Shown piece after piece: positions 39,001 through 48,415 of a stretch of 64,000 bases of DNA. A program made the position numbers and the translations under genes. Position 1 is the stretch's first letter. Each line of letters begins with the position of its first letter. The notes beneath the pieces were generated by a model. That model ran no database searches. It worked only from the letters and a program-made list of their open reading frames with translations, and was not told the origin of the DNA. This stretch comes from Octopus sinensis (lineage: Eukaryota): positions 120,404,001 to 120,468,000 of the forward strand of contig NC_042998.1 in assembly GCF_006345805.1 (NCBI RefSeq), read 5' to 3'.

Positions 39001-41457
39001 GTCTTGTAGTACTGTAAAATGGTTTCTGCCTTCCATCATTACATACACAATGTACTATAACAGATATAGTAAAATACAGTATTTTCTTTTAGAAATCTAT
39101 ATTTCAGTGCTATAAAAATATAGTAAATGGTCCATAATGTCATTGAAGTTATCTTAGTTAATCATCCTACAATGGTAGACCAACTACTAATTAGTCTTTA
39201 TAACTATAACATTAGATACAACAACCATTAATGAATATAGACACTGTACAACAATGTTAGATGTAACACTTATCAGGAGTATATACACATTCTACAACAC
39301 TAAATATAACACAAACCAAGACAACCATCATGCATTTGATTAACCTGTCAGAAATAACAACCAAATCTCATTCAAATTACTCTGCTGTTTTAAAAATCAA
39401 AAGAGCATACTGAAGAATGTAGTCCAAGAAAACCTTAAACATTAACGACTAGTCACTCAACCTTAATTGTAAATATATAGGCTCTAATACTTCACAGTTC
39501 AGTGGTGAATGGCAGGAGAGTGATCATCAAAGTGTAAAAACAGAATTGTTCTCAGAGATAAAAAATAGAAGCTGAGAAATGTAGGAAACTGAAATGTACA
39601 TGAAAAATCAGAAAAGATCAGTACCCATAGCCATTCTGTAGCATTTGACTGAGACATCATCATCATTGTTTAACATCTGCTTTCCATGGGGGATAAGATG
39701 GTGTTTGATGATTATCATGATTGATGGGAAACATAAGTCACAGGAGTGAGAGGATTCAAAGATATAAAGTCCTGCTGGAGTGGAAAGATTGGGTAACGGG
39801 TATAGTGGTAGATATGGTTTATCTTTAAGATTGGGTAAAGAGCATAGTGATAGATATGGTGTACTAGTGGTGATTTCTGATACATAAAGACAATTGTAGT
39901 CATTAGAAAATATTTTTTTAGGGGATCAGTGTTAGCAAATTGTTGGTGTTTAGTATAAATTGCACTATATGTAGCTCGACTATGAATTCTAAACTATGCT
40001 TTGATAGTATTGGGTAGCAGTTCCTAAACAGTGCACCATTGCACACAGCCATAACAAAAGAGTAACTTGATATGCTACAAAAATGACAGTGTAGGTTTAC
40101 CACCTCTGTAAACTGCAGACTTACCTTGAACTCAGAATACAAAGGGCTGGAACAAAAGTACAAAGCATTCCATTTGACTCTAACACTTCTATTAGTTCAC
40201 TTCCCTCTCTGGTACTTTATTTTATCCGCCCCCCCCCCGCCACTTCAAAAAGGATGAAAGACACAGTTGATATCTGCAGTATTTGAAACAAGAATAAATA
40301 CTCTAAGACACTTCATTTGGCATGTAGTAACTTTGCCACTTCACTACCTATAAATACTACTACCACAAAGAATTTCATTTGATCTTCTAACTCTGCCAGT
40401 TTTGCTACCTATGTTGTTTGTAACTGCTAAGAAAAAATCAATGTTTTTCTATCACATGCATTATTGTTTTTTTTTTTTTAAGTGGGAGATGGAAATATTT
40501 TATTGTGACTAAGGAGAAAAACTAGAATATAACAAAACTAGTGATGGACTAAATCAGAAGCAAGAGAGGGTGGAGATGGGGGAGGGGATGGAATGCCCTG
40601 CCTCAATGTCAATATTCATTCCTCTGTACAGCAGACACATATTGTATAGACTTTATTATAAATACTAGCTTAAGGTGACCCACTCTACGCATGGGTGAGG
40701 GTATGATTGTTACTTTCTGTTGCTTCCTTTCTGTTTCTTATCGATACATTCTCCCCTCCTTTTGTTTCTCTCTCCTTTCTCTCTCACTTTCCCACTCTCT
40801 TACTCTTCCTTTCTCTCAGACTTTGCCTCGCTTTCTCTTACGCGTGCACATAAAATCACATAATTCAAAATTACTTAAAATTTTGTGAAATTTGATACTT
40901 TTTTCTGGTATATTTTGACGGTTCATGATGCAAATGAAAGCTAAAATTTTGGCCTTTAACACAATGCCATTTTTACCCATGTCAGCCAAATAATGCAAAC
41001 AGAAAAAAAGTAAATCTAAAAATAGGGCAAAAATGTACTCTTTTTAAAAGTTGAACATTTTTACCCCCCCTTCCAAAATCCCCCAAATTTTTACACCCAT
41101 AATTAAAGATAACTGCCTCTAGCCCCTGCAGCAACATGAAAAGCCACCATTATTCAAACAGTGCAACCTGTCTATCCCATAAAACTCAATTTTTCCCATA
41201 TTCCTCACCATGGCAAACAGAAGCCCCGAGCGACTTGCAACCCTCCTCACACCATTGCCCACCCCATTTTACCCACCCACCCGTGTAAATTTTGGTGCCA
41301 ATCCAACCCCATCTACCGCCCCTTAAACCGCTCCCATCCCAAAATGAGACAAATAACCAAGAAAGCAAACAACTTTTTCGCATTTCAGCTTTATAGATAT
41401 TGATGATTATATATATACACATATAATTATGTATACACATTATATATATATTTATAT

Positions 41458-41488
<31 letters not shown>

Positions 41489-44400
41489 AATTAACACAAT
41501 ATATCTGATTAATAATATCTGTTATGATTGTGCGGTGGTGGTGGGCGATAATAATTCACCATTCTAAAAGACCTGTAGCGAGAATATTTAAACTTTTGCG
41601 GCTGTCAACGCTTTCTCTCTATAGATACAGACAGAAGTAGTGGGAGAAAGAGTGACAGAGAGACGAAGCTGTCAAACATCGTTACAAAGAGAAAGTGGAG
41701 GGAAGGAAGGAAAGAGAGAGATCGAGGAAGACAGAGTGATATCCGAAAGAGAAAAACGACAAACACTTGTCAAAGTCTGGGTTTTGTTGCCCTAGTAACC
41801 ACAGCTTTTGAGATAGGGGTTTCTAACCTAGTCCAGTTGCTTCCTTGCCTCTTTTTACATGTCCCTGTAAATTTTGAAGCCAATCCGACCCCATCTACCG
41901 CCCCTTAAACCGTTCCCATCCCAAAATGAGACAAACAAATTTTTCGCATTTCAGCTTTATAGATATTGACTAGTACTAGGTTGGATTTTGGTAAATATAA
42001 CTTAGGAAGCATAATAATTAATCTAAATTGATTAGATTAATTTACCCCTTTTTCCTGTCAATAAAACCAGTAATTTTATGAACATTGATGCTTTTCCAAA
42101 GGGTAATCTTGTAATTTTATCAATGCTCAGCAAATTCCTGACAATGATAGTTTCCTGCAGAGGGGTGAGCTCACTACTTAGAGTATCTTTGTGCACAAAT
42201 TTCATTTATTACATTGATCAAAGCCATTCTAAATACAGAAAGCTGGTAACTGTTAAACCAAGATTTCCTGCTTCAGAGTTAAGATATTTTCTACATGGTT
42301 ATACAGCTTACTAGAAATAGCAGTAAAATCTTTCACCAATCCCACCTTTCTGTCTCAGAAACCTTAAAAGAAGGACAGTCACAAATGAAATCACTTTTGA
42401 CTGAATCTAAAACAACACTATTTACAGTATGTGGCAATAAAATCACTAAATTTCCCCACCTCACCCCCAATTAAGTTTAGCTACATACAAGAAAGTATCA
42501 GGATGCTTTCTCCTGCTTGGAGAAATATCAATATTCATCAAATAACTCATTATACGAAGGAAAAAATTGCTTCAATCAAGTACTATAGTTGTTGTAGTCT
42601 ATTTATTATGACCACTACTTAGTCTTGTTGATCACAGTTTAACTTTCTATGCACCCCCTAAGACGTGTTCTAGTTATATACAAATCACAAACCAATCACG
42701 CACACTTATGTGTGGACAATCATTAAATTGTTTCTACCTATTTTAATTTAGGTTTTGTCATAGATTCCAACCTTCATGAGATCACCACTAGTCCGATAAT
42801 ACCTACCTACTCCAAATTGTACATTTTTAAAGTGTTTGCATTTAAATTACTATCCATTACCATCCCTTTATATAAGAGCCCTATAAGTTCTGTTCTAAAC
42901 AATAGACTGATACTATTCCAATAAAAGTTACTTTATACAAACCTTCGCCAAATTCTTGATTATTTCTAATTAATTGAACCATATAGGTTGTGTTGTTTTT
43001 GTTGTTGTTGTTAGAAATGTGGTTACTAAACGTTTAAATTTACTTTGCTTTGTGTTTTTATAGATTTCAGAAATCAACATCACTGAACATATAGAAGGTG
43101 ATGAATGCAAGTTTGCACTTTGGACAGGAAGAGCACCAATTTCTGATTACAGAATAATTTTGAAGGTATGAACATTTAGCAGACTAACTCTTAGTATTTA
43201 TATAAGCCAAACATTAGTAATGTTGCCAATTTTATATATTTTCATTTGTAGATATGGTGATAATTGCAAGAAAATAAAAGGTTTAACTCTTATAACTTGT
43301 GCAGTCGGTTCTCTTATTTTGTAGACACAACTTCCTTCTAGGAGTCAGATATGTTGAAAAATTAAAATAACCTGATAAGTTGAGAAAATAGGATGTAATA
43401 GCTTATAGATTGGTGTATTGACAAACTAAGGTATAGTTTGATATGTTGACACAATCAGTTATAATAATTTATATACTGACATATTGACAAAAGTAGATAT
43501 TTACCTTCCATTGTGAAGTATCTTTAAATAATAAACGAATTGGTATTTAAGAATTGAAGCTAGTATGATCTACTGGATGTGTAATGTTAGTGACCATACG
43601 CGACAGTGTGTAAGCTCTCTGAGAGAAAAGTTGGGCATAAGAAGCATCAAATGTGGTGTGCAAGAGAAGCAACTGCACTGGTATGGTCATGGGATGAGGT
43701 GGTGAGGCATGACCTTCGAACATTGGGCCTCACAGAGGCAGTGACAAGACACTGAAACCTTTGGAGATATGCTGTGATTGAGAAGATCCAGCAACTAAAG
43801 TGAGATTGCAGCCACACATGTCCAGCCTTGTTAAGAATACCCCTGATGCGTCGGGTGATATGATATGTTTGAGAAGACCTGTTGAGTCAAGTAAAACCAA
43901 TATTGTAGCTGTGGCCAGTGCCCCCTGACTGGCTCCCGTGTCAGTGGCACGTAAAAAGTACCATCCGAACTGGCTCCCGTGGCAGTGGTATATAAAAAGC
44001 ATCAACCAAACATGGCTGATGCCAGTACCCCCCCCGACTGGCTCTTGTGCCAGTGGCACACAAAAAGCACCATCCGAATGTGATCAATACCAGACCCACC
44101 TGATTGGCTCTTGTGTCGGTGACACATAATAAGCACCCACTACACTCTCGGAGTGGTTGGCATTAGGAAGGGCATCCGACTGTAGAAACATTGCCAGATC
44201 AGATTGGAGCCTGGTGCAGCCGCTGGCTCTCCAGACTTCAGTCAAACCGTCCAACCCATTCCAGCATGGAAAATGGACATTAAATGAGGATGATGATGAT
44301 GAATTTCAATATAAATGCCTGAAGCTAATTACATGTATGTTTATATTTGTGTGTGTGTGTGTGTGTGCGCACACACATTTGTGCTTGTACATGTTTGTGT

Positions 44401-46134
44401 TTTTATGTGTATGACTGTGTGTGTGTATGTGTGTGTCTGCATATGAACATGTATGTGGGAAAGAATCTGGTGATGTCAAGATTGTGTCACGTATGAAACT
44501 GTTAAATGAAAATTCTTTCAAGTTCTATCTCTGCTCCTTGGTTATGTAGGCATCATCACTGGATACAAAACAGCAGTGGGTGAAGAAGATGAGAGAGTTA
44601 ATCCAAGAACGTCTCGTCTATATGCACTCTGCCTTGAAAGAACCTCTAACAAAATCTGTCGCAGCACCAAAGATGTTTGTTAACAGAACAAGTCGGTAAG
44701 TTCAGGCACATGAAAATGTGGTTTTATTCTCTCTTTTTTTTTATATATACTTGTTTGTTGTATTAGAATACTGGAATCACTGCTAACACTAAACAGGGTA
44801 CATACCTACCACGTCACAGCGACCAGAGTACCATCCTACCTACCTACCTATCGCATCATAAACAATACAGTAACCAAAATACCTGCCTACCACATTGGAG
44901 CTGACACATTCAACACGGTACACATCATATTACAACTGTGCCAGAAAATATGATACTCAGAATTTTACACTAGTTTGCAATTTGGTTCTAACTCACTATC
45001 GAGTTGGTTAGGTACTAACTACCTTAGCAGTTTACTGTTATTTTTTGTGGAGAGTGGAGGCAAAATGTCATCAAATCCAATACTACTGTAAGGTGGTTGT
45101 GTGTACTATAATGATGAACTTTTCCACCATCACCCTGCCTGAAATATTCATACAGCACTCTGTGGTGGAAGCCTCAAATTGTTAGATATTTTAATTTTTA
45201 GTATTATCTAACCTACATTGATATAGAAACCTAGCTGTAACAATGTTATCACTGGTACATGTCTTTGCTGGTGAATATGTCAAAGTAATATAGTTCAGCT
45301 AAAATCAGAATTATATATATTTTGCCATATGAATTGAAGTGTTTATATAATATAAATGATATTGATATCTATGATGAAAAAAATTGGTTGACTAAGTCAT
45401 CATCATTATTTAATGTCTGTTTTCCATGCTGGCATGGGTTAGACAGCTTACAACAAATGGCAAGGCTAGGGGCCACACCAGGTTCCATAGTCTGTTTTCA
45501 CTTGGTTTCTACAACTAGGTGTCATTCTCTAACATCAGCCACATTACAGAGAGTACTGGGTACTTTTTACATGGCAAACAGTTTTCTATGAGAAATTTAG
45601 TGATGTTACAAACAAATATATTTCTTTGGTCTAGGATAATAGACAGTTACTGTTAAAGACAGTTGCAGATTTCATTGTATGGATGAACATAACTATATTT
45701 TTTAAGATACATTTGTTTTTTTTGGAAATGGCTGCTTAATCGATTCTGCCAAGTAAAATGCTTAGTGGTATTTCATCTACTTTCATACTTTTGAGGTTGA
45801 TAAAATAAGTACCAGTTGAGCTCTGGGGTCAATCTTATTGACTATCCCCCACTCCCTAACTTGCTGGCCTTGTGCCAAAATTTGAAGCCAATTTATCTCC
45901 TCTTCTGTTAATTATCACATTGTTTATTTTTAGGTTGTAAATATAAAAGTTGAATTTTAAAATTGTTTGATTTTGACAGTGGAAATATTTTTACTATTTG
46001 TCAGGGATATGGAAAGTGACACAGCATCTCTAGATGAAGTCCATATTGAACGTCGCGCTAGTCTGGTGTCAGTAAACTCCAACACCACCACTGCCACAAC
46101 AGACAGTAGCAGTAGCAGTGGCAGCAGCAACAGA
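7499..46134 (+). CDS. TRIO: Trio/Kalirin-family Rho guanine exchange factor, partial spliced CDS (20 exons, 852 codons): spectrin-like repeats, DH1-PH1 (GEF1), Ser/Thr linker; 5' and 3' parts lie outside the window
   Basis: Twenty GT-AG exons join in frame without stops. Peptides match Trio/Kalirin motifs recalled from memory, e.g. [104 protein letters not shown]. Confidence 0.95.
7835..8017 (+). CDS. TRIO: Trio exon 2, [12 protein letters not shown]...[16 protein letters not shown], phase 0/0
   Basis: ctctttcag|TTG; CAG|gtgagg; 183 nt. Confidence 0.93.
8836..8955 (+). CDS. TRIO: Trio exon 3, [15 protein letters not shown]...[10 protein letters not shown], phase 0/0
   Basis: cattttag|GTG; GAG|gtacag; 120 nt; not in the ORF track. 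Confidence 0.93.
9209..9400 (+). CDS. TRIO: Trio exon 4, [14 protein letters not shown]...WYKTAEQ, phase 0/0
   Basis: tattgtag|AAA; CAA|gtacgt; 192 nt. Confidence 0.94.
9628..9774 (+). CDS. TRIO: Trio exon 5, [19 protein letters not shown]...[10 protein letters not shown], phase 0/0
   Basis: cttcacag|GTT; AAG|gtaaca; 147 nt. Confidence 0.95.
9828..10043. mobile_element. piggyBac-type MITE (216 bp)
   Basis: TTAA at 9824-9827 and 10044-10047; TIRs CCCTTTAGCGTTCAAA / CCCTTTAACATTCAAA (14/16). Confidence 0.85.
10118..10229 (+). CDS. TRIO: Trio exon 6, [15 protein letters not shown]...PESHVK, phase 0/1
   Basis: catttag|GCT; AAAG|gtaagt; 112 nt. Confidence 0.95.
10344..10580. mobile_element. Tc1/mariner-type MITE (237 bp including TA ends)
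   Basis: 39-bp TIRs TAGAGGGTGGACCAAAAGTCACCTGACAGTAAATCAAAA vs TACAGGGTTGGCTAAAAGTCACCCGACAGTAAATCAAAA (34/39). Confidence 0.88.
11032..11147 (+). CDS. TRIO: Trio exon 7, (A)[16 protein letters not shown]...FEQSAKQ, phase 1/0
   Basis: ttttacag|CA; CAG|gtaaag; 116 nt. Confidence 0.94.
13959..14081 (+). CDS. TRIO: Trio exon 8, [20 protein letters not shown]...EFRGRAK, phase 0/0
   Basis: ttctgcag|GCA; AAG|gtaaca; 123 nt. Confidence 0.95.
14185..14975 (+). repeat. Degenerate ~30-33 bp minisatellite (consensus near TAGATTATTGGACCTATTTACTGGAGGTGGAGC), interrupted by insertions
   Basis: Recurrent TTATTGGACCTAT / GGAGGTGGAGCT units at ~14190-14390, ~14548-14598 and ~14810-14975. Confidence 0.75.
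14389..14544. mobile_element. hAT-type MITE (156 bp)
   Basis: TIRs CAGTAGTTCCCTATCC / TAGTGGTTCCCAACC; 8-bp flanks AGTTAGAG and ACCTAGAG (6/8). Confidence 0.7.
15471..15653 (+). CDS. TRIO: Trio exon 9, [20 protein letters not shown]...[15 protein letters not shown]...GVTNE, phase 0/0
   Basis: tcttgtag|GAA; GAA|gtgagt; 183 nt. Confidence 0.95.
15829..15935 (+). CDS. TRIO: Trio exon 10, [11 protein letters not shown]...[13 protein letters not shown](E), phase 0/2
   Basis: atttgtag|ACT; GA|gtaagg; 107 nt. Confidence 0.94.
16300..16580 (+). mobile_element. Decayed tRNA-derived SINE (family with GTGTCCTTGAGCAAGACAC-like segment)
   Basis: A/B-box-like head followed by CAGCAAGACAC...GTTGCTCCAGT; related copies at ~22265-22440, ~48660-48830, ~50265-50580, ~53495-53650 and ~23990-24230 (-). 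Confidence 0.6.
16957..18052 (-). mobile_element. Near full-length dead mariner (DD34D) transposon
   Basis: Minus-strand peptides [19 protein letters not shown] (ATG at 17968), [31 protein letters not shown] and [13 protein letters not shown], with stops and frameshifts; degenerate TIRs with TA at 16955-56 and 18053-54. Confidence 0.9.
18291..18357 (+). CDS. TRIO: Trio exon 11, start of DH1, (E)[22 protein letters not shown], phase 2/0
   Basis: actttcag|A TTT; AAG|gtttgt; 67 nt. Confidence 0.95.
18925..19250 (-). mobile_element. Retroposon copy with RTE 3' tail
   Basis: TTTCCATGCTGGCATGGGTTAGACGG...TTTCTACAGCTGGATGCCCTTCCTA...TTTTTATGTGCCAC. Confidence 0.8.
19526..19740 (-). mobile_element. 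Older copy of the 6102-type SINE
   Basis: Minus strand reads GAGCTGGCAGAA...GACTTTGCCTTTCAT...AAATAAGTATCAG; TATAATATT on both sides is a possible TSD. Confidence 0.75.
21780..21889 (+). CDS. TRIO: Trio exon 12, [20 protein letters not shown]...IYEFHD(K), phase 0/2
   Basis: ttttccag|TAT; AA|gtatgt; 110 nt. Confidence 0.94.
24489..24558 (+). CDS. TRIO: Trio exon 13, (K)[23 protein letters not shown], phase 2/0
   Basis: attcttag|A ACA; TGG|gtaagt; 70 nt. Confidence 0.95.
25162..25251 (+). CDS. TRIO: Trio exon 14, [30 protein letters not shown], phase 0/0
   Basis: ttttacag|GCA; GAG|gtacaa; 90 nt. Confidence 0.95.
25973..26107 (+). CDS. TRIO: Trio exon 15, [37 protein letters not shown]...GEIK, phase 0/0
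   Basis: ttttacag|GAA; AAG|gtaggc; 135 nt; DH conserved region 3. Confidence 0.96.
26326..26590 (-). mobile_element. tRNA-headed short element with hammerhead-like 3' motif, left copy (head internally deleted)
   Basis: Minus strand: TAGCATAGTGGATAAG|TTCAATCTC...A-rich tract...ACACCTGATGAAGGCTGGAAAGTACATCAAAACGTTGTGG; inverted relative to 27287-27572. Confidence 0.75.
26760..27150 (-). mobile_element. Penelope-like element reverse transcriptase fragment
   Basis: [18 protein letters not shown]...SYVKNSTHF...[19 protein letters not shown], then after a frameshift [18 protein letters not shown]; matches the PLE RT signature (LPKIHK..PLRPIVS, VS.DV.SLFT.VP). Confidence 0.85.
27287..27572 (+). 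mobile_element. tRNA-headed short element with hammerhead-like 3' motif, right copy
   Basis: Head GGGCATATAGCATAGTAGATAAGAGCACAGGCTACTAATCCTCAAATTTTGAGTTTAATC is laid out like tRNA-Arg with A and B boxes; A-rich tract; ACACCTGATAAAGGCTGGAAAGTACATCAGCTGAATCGTTGTGG. Confidence 0.75.
27481..27524 (+). ncRNA. Degenerate minimal type I hammerhead ribozyme motif (Penelope type)
   Basis: ACAC-CTGATAA-A-GGCTG(loop)CAGCT-GAAT-CGTT-GTG; two core positions deviate from CUGAUGA and GAAA. The partner copy at 26374-26413 (-) has the canonical bases at those two positions. Confidence 0.6.
30090..30440 (+). mobile_element. Retroposon copy or copies with RTE 3' tail, adjoining a minus-strand RTE RT scrap at ~30480-30600
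   Basis: GGCATGTAAAAGGCACCC...GGAAGGGCATCCAGCTGTAGAAAC...AACCCATGCCAGCATGGAAAGCAAACATTAAATGATGATGAT; the scrap encodes [15 protein letters not shown]. Confidence 0.75.
32300..34150 (-). mobile_element. Decayed RTE LINE: RT remnant (~33000-34150), pyrimidine-rich segment and 3' tail (~32300-32500)
   Basis: Plus strand GAAGCTATCAAC, AGTCTTTTCTAAG, CAAAGGTCTTCTCCAAGTCAAC and GCATCAATGGTACCTCTGCC correspond to the VDSF, LxKTK, DLEKAFD and TTDAIF motifs on the minus strand. Confidence 0.8.
35150..35227 (+). CDS. TRIO: Trio exon 16, [26 protein letters not shown] (end of DH1), phase 0/0
   Basis: tattgcag|GAC; GAG|gtaagt; 78 nt. Confidence 0.95.
36698..36880 (+). CDS. TRIO: Trio exon 17 (PH1), [21 protein letters not shown]...KYMYKTKLL, phase 0/0
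   Basis: ctttgtag|GAT; CTT|gtaagt; 183 nt. Confidence 0.95.
40673..41403 (+). mobile_element. Helentron/HINE-like non-autonomous element
   Basis: Begins AT|ACTAGCTTAAGGTGACCCACTCTACGCATGGG and ends ACTTTTTCGCATTTCAGCTTTATAGATATTGAT, the terminal layout I recall for DINE-1/HINE-like elements; no coding remnant. Confidence 0.55.
43064..43165 (+). CDS. TRIO: Trio exon 18 (PH1), [34 protein letters not shown], phase 0/0
   Basis: ttttatag|ATT; AAG|gtatga; 102 nt. Confidence 0.94.
43605..44298 (+). mobile_element. 5'-truncated RTE copy (ORF C-terminus, 3' UTR and GAT tail) with an internal deletion
   Basis: [24 protein letters not shown] joined directly to [15 protein letters not shown] (about 90 nt missing relative to 56700-56790); ends CATGGAAAATGGACATTAAATGAGGATGATGATGAT. 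Confidence 0.88.
44550..44695 (+). CDS. TRIO: Trio exon 19 (end of PH1), [21 protein letters not shown]...NRTS(R), phase 0/2
   Basis: ttatgtag|GCA; CG|gtaagt; 146 nt. Confidence 0.94.
46005..46134 (+). CDS. TRIO: Trio exon 20, Ser/Thr-rich linker (R)[11 protein letters not shown]...[13 protein letters not shown], phase 2/0
   Basis: atttgtcag|G GAT; AGA|gtaaga; 130 nt; phase fits exon 19; position matches the post-PH1 linker. Confidence 0.88.
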
Positions 46135-46952
46135 GTAAGATTTTTCACTTTTCATTGATTCATTGATTGAATAATTCATTCATTGCTATAAATAGATTTG
46201 TGGAAATTATTCAATAGACTATATCTAAATATAGACAATTATATTTTATAATATTCTCCACATAACATTATAATTTAGAATATTGGAGAAACAATTATGT
46301 ACTTGATATGAAAAAGGAAAAAAAAAAGATATTAACCAAAAATTGCTTCTATATTTTTACTTAGTTTTTAATCGTAATTTCATTTTTTTGTTGTTTCTTT
46401 ATTTTATTTCCATTGTTGTGAATGAAGAGTTTATATTGGTTAATGATGGTAAAATATTCTATTATCTCACACAAATTGGATACCCACACACAAATTCTAT
46501 AAAGTCTGTTTTAAAGTGAACACACACATTACATCATTTTAGTATATAGTATATGATACATCACTAGCATCCAGTATATTTAATAATGAACACACATGAT
46601 ACATCACTGGAGTATCTTATATATAAATGGCAATTTCTATCTGTCTGTTACCATCTTGCCACCCAAACCTAGGGAAGCTATCTTCACTGAACTTTGTATA
46701 CATGTTGAACTAACATCCAGTTCAATTATAGGCTAATTGGGTTTCAATGACAATCGATAATGGGGGTTGCGCTATTACATGATAAACTGAGAGGGGTGCA
46801 AAAGTGTTAGGTTTGGGGAAATGTGACATAATGAGAGTGGCTGATACCAGGTAAGGGGAGAAGACAGGAAGAGATAGACAGATAAAGGGAATGACAGACA
46901 GGTACACTTCCATATATATATAAAAGAGAGTTTGTGTGTGTGTATCTTCCTT

Positions 46953-48042
46953 ATGCATTTGAAAACTGGGTTATTGATTTTGACATATGGGGTATCAAAA
47001 GATTCAGTAATCTTACGTCTACTAAATAAATTTTATTTTTATTTACATATTACAAGAATTTTACATCATAATCTTTTCTGTAAGTCAACTATCATAAACA
47101 TTTTATACTGTGATGACAATGTCACATTTTCTATATGAGTGTGTACTTTAAAAGACAACCATTTCTCTATATGTTATGAGGAAATACAGTCACTCATGTG
47201 CACAAGCACACATACCCAAAAAGATATATGCATATGTATTTATTTATGTGCATATGAATTTGTGTGTGTGAGACAGAGAGAGAGACTGAGTGCCACTTAC
47301 ACATACGTAACAACACACACCTTCACTCACTCACCCTCTCTCTCACATGCACACACACACATATCCATTTCATATACATGTACATACGTCTTTCACTTTC
47401 TCTTCTCTTTTATTTTCTGCTCTCTTCAAAGCATAAATGAATAAAAAAATTTTTTACAGAAACTAACGAATACATTCAGAAACTGAGTTGCCAATTTTAA
47501 TGTATGGGCTATCAAAAGATTCAGTAATCTTTCAGCTAACAAATAAATTTTATTTTCATTTACATATTTGCATTACAACAATTTTACATTATGATCTTTC
47601 TATAATTCACCTATCCTAAAAGACATTTTATCTGATGCAATGACATCACATTTTCTATGAGTGTGTACCTTACAAGGCATCCATTTCTCTGTATGCACAT
47701 ATACATGCAAATTAGATGTATGCATATGTATTTATGTACGTGTATATGAAAGATTGTGTGTGAGAGAGAGAGGGAGATTGAGTGAGTACCACTTACACAT
47801 ACATGCAAAAAAGTAGATACATGACAACACACCTTCACTCATTCTCTCTCTCTCCCTTTCTGTCTGTCTCTCTCACATACACATGCACACACATATACAT
47901 CCATTTCATATGCACATACATACATCTTTCACTTTCTCCTTGGTTTCATTTTCTCCTCTCACTTCAAAGCAAATGTCACCTTTTTACTTTCTCCTCTCTT
48001 TCAATTTCTGCTCTCTTCAAAGCATAAAAAGATAAAAACAAT
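46953..48042 (+). repeat. Old tandem duplication, two units of ~520-570 bp
   Basis: Shared anchors TATCAAAAGATTCAGTAATCTT, AAATAAATTTTATTTT, CACATTTTCTAT...GAGTGTGTAC, CCACTTACACATAC and TTCTGCTCTCTTCAAAGCATAAA; offset ~517 nt at the start. Confidence 0.85.
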
Positions 48043-48078
48043 TTAAGGGAATCATATGATCAAGTTAACAACTTTACT

Positions 48079-48415
48079 GGTAGTCAATCTGGCTTATATG
48101 CTCACCAGACTGATAAGTGATTAAGTGGTTGGCTGGTTTTTTGAAGTTAGTGATGCAGATCATGAGATCATTTGCATCACAGAATTCCAGCAGTCTTGTT
48201 CCCTCCTCATTTCTAGGTCCAAAACCATAGCCCCCAATTCATTCCCTGGAATCCATGAGGGGGCTGTCCAACATGTCCATTGAAGTCACCAGCCACAATA
48301 ATAAAGTCTCTGTCATTTCTTGTTGAGGTGGTCTGCAAAAGGATCTCATAGAATCGATCCTTCTGCTCATCATTCAGCCCAGACTGAGGGTCATAAGCAG
48401 AGATAAATGTAACTG
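48079..48415 (-). mobile_element. RTE APE endonuclease fragment
   Basis: VTFISAYDPQSGLNDEQKDRFYEILLQ...IIVAGDFNGHVG, frameshift, then GYGFGPRNEEGTRLLEFCDANDLMICITNFKKPANHLITYQSG. Confidence 0.9.

Noticed and set aside
43064-43070. Alternative acceptor TTTCAG 7 nt into exon 18
   Set aside because: Using it would shift the frame, and the upstream AG gives the expected PH-domain residues.
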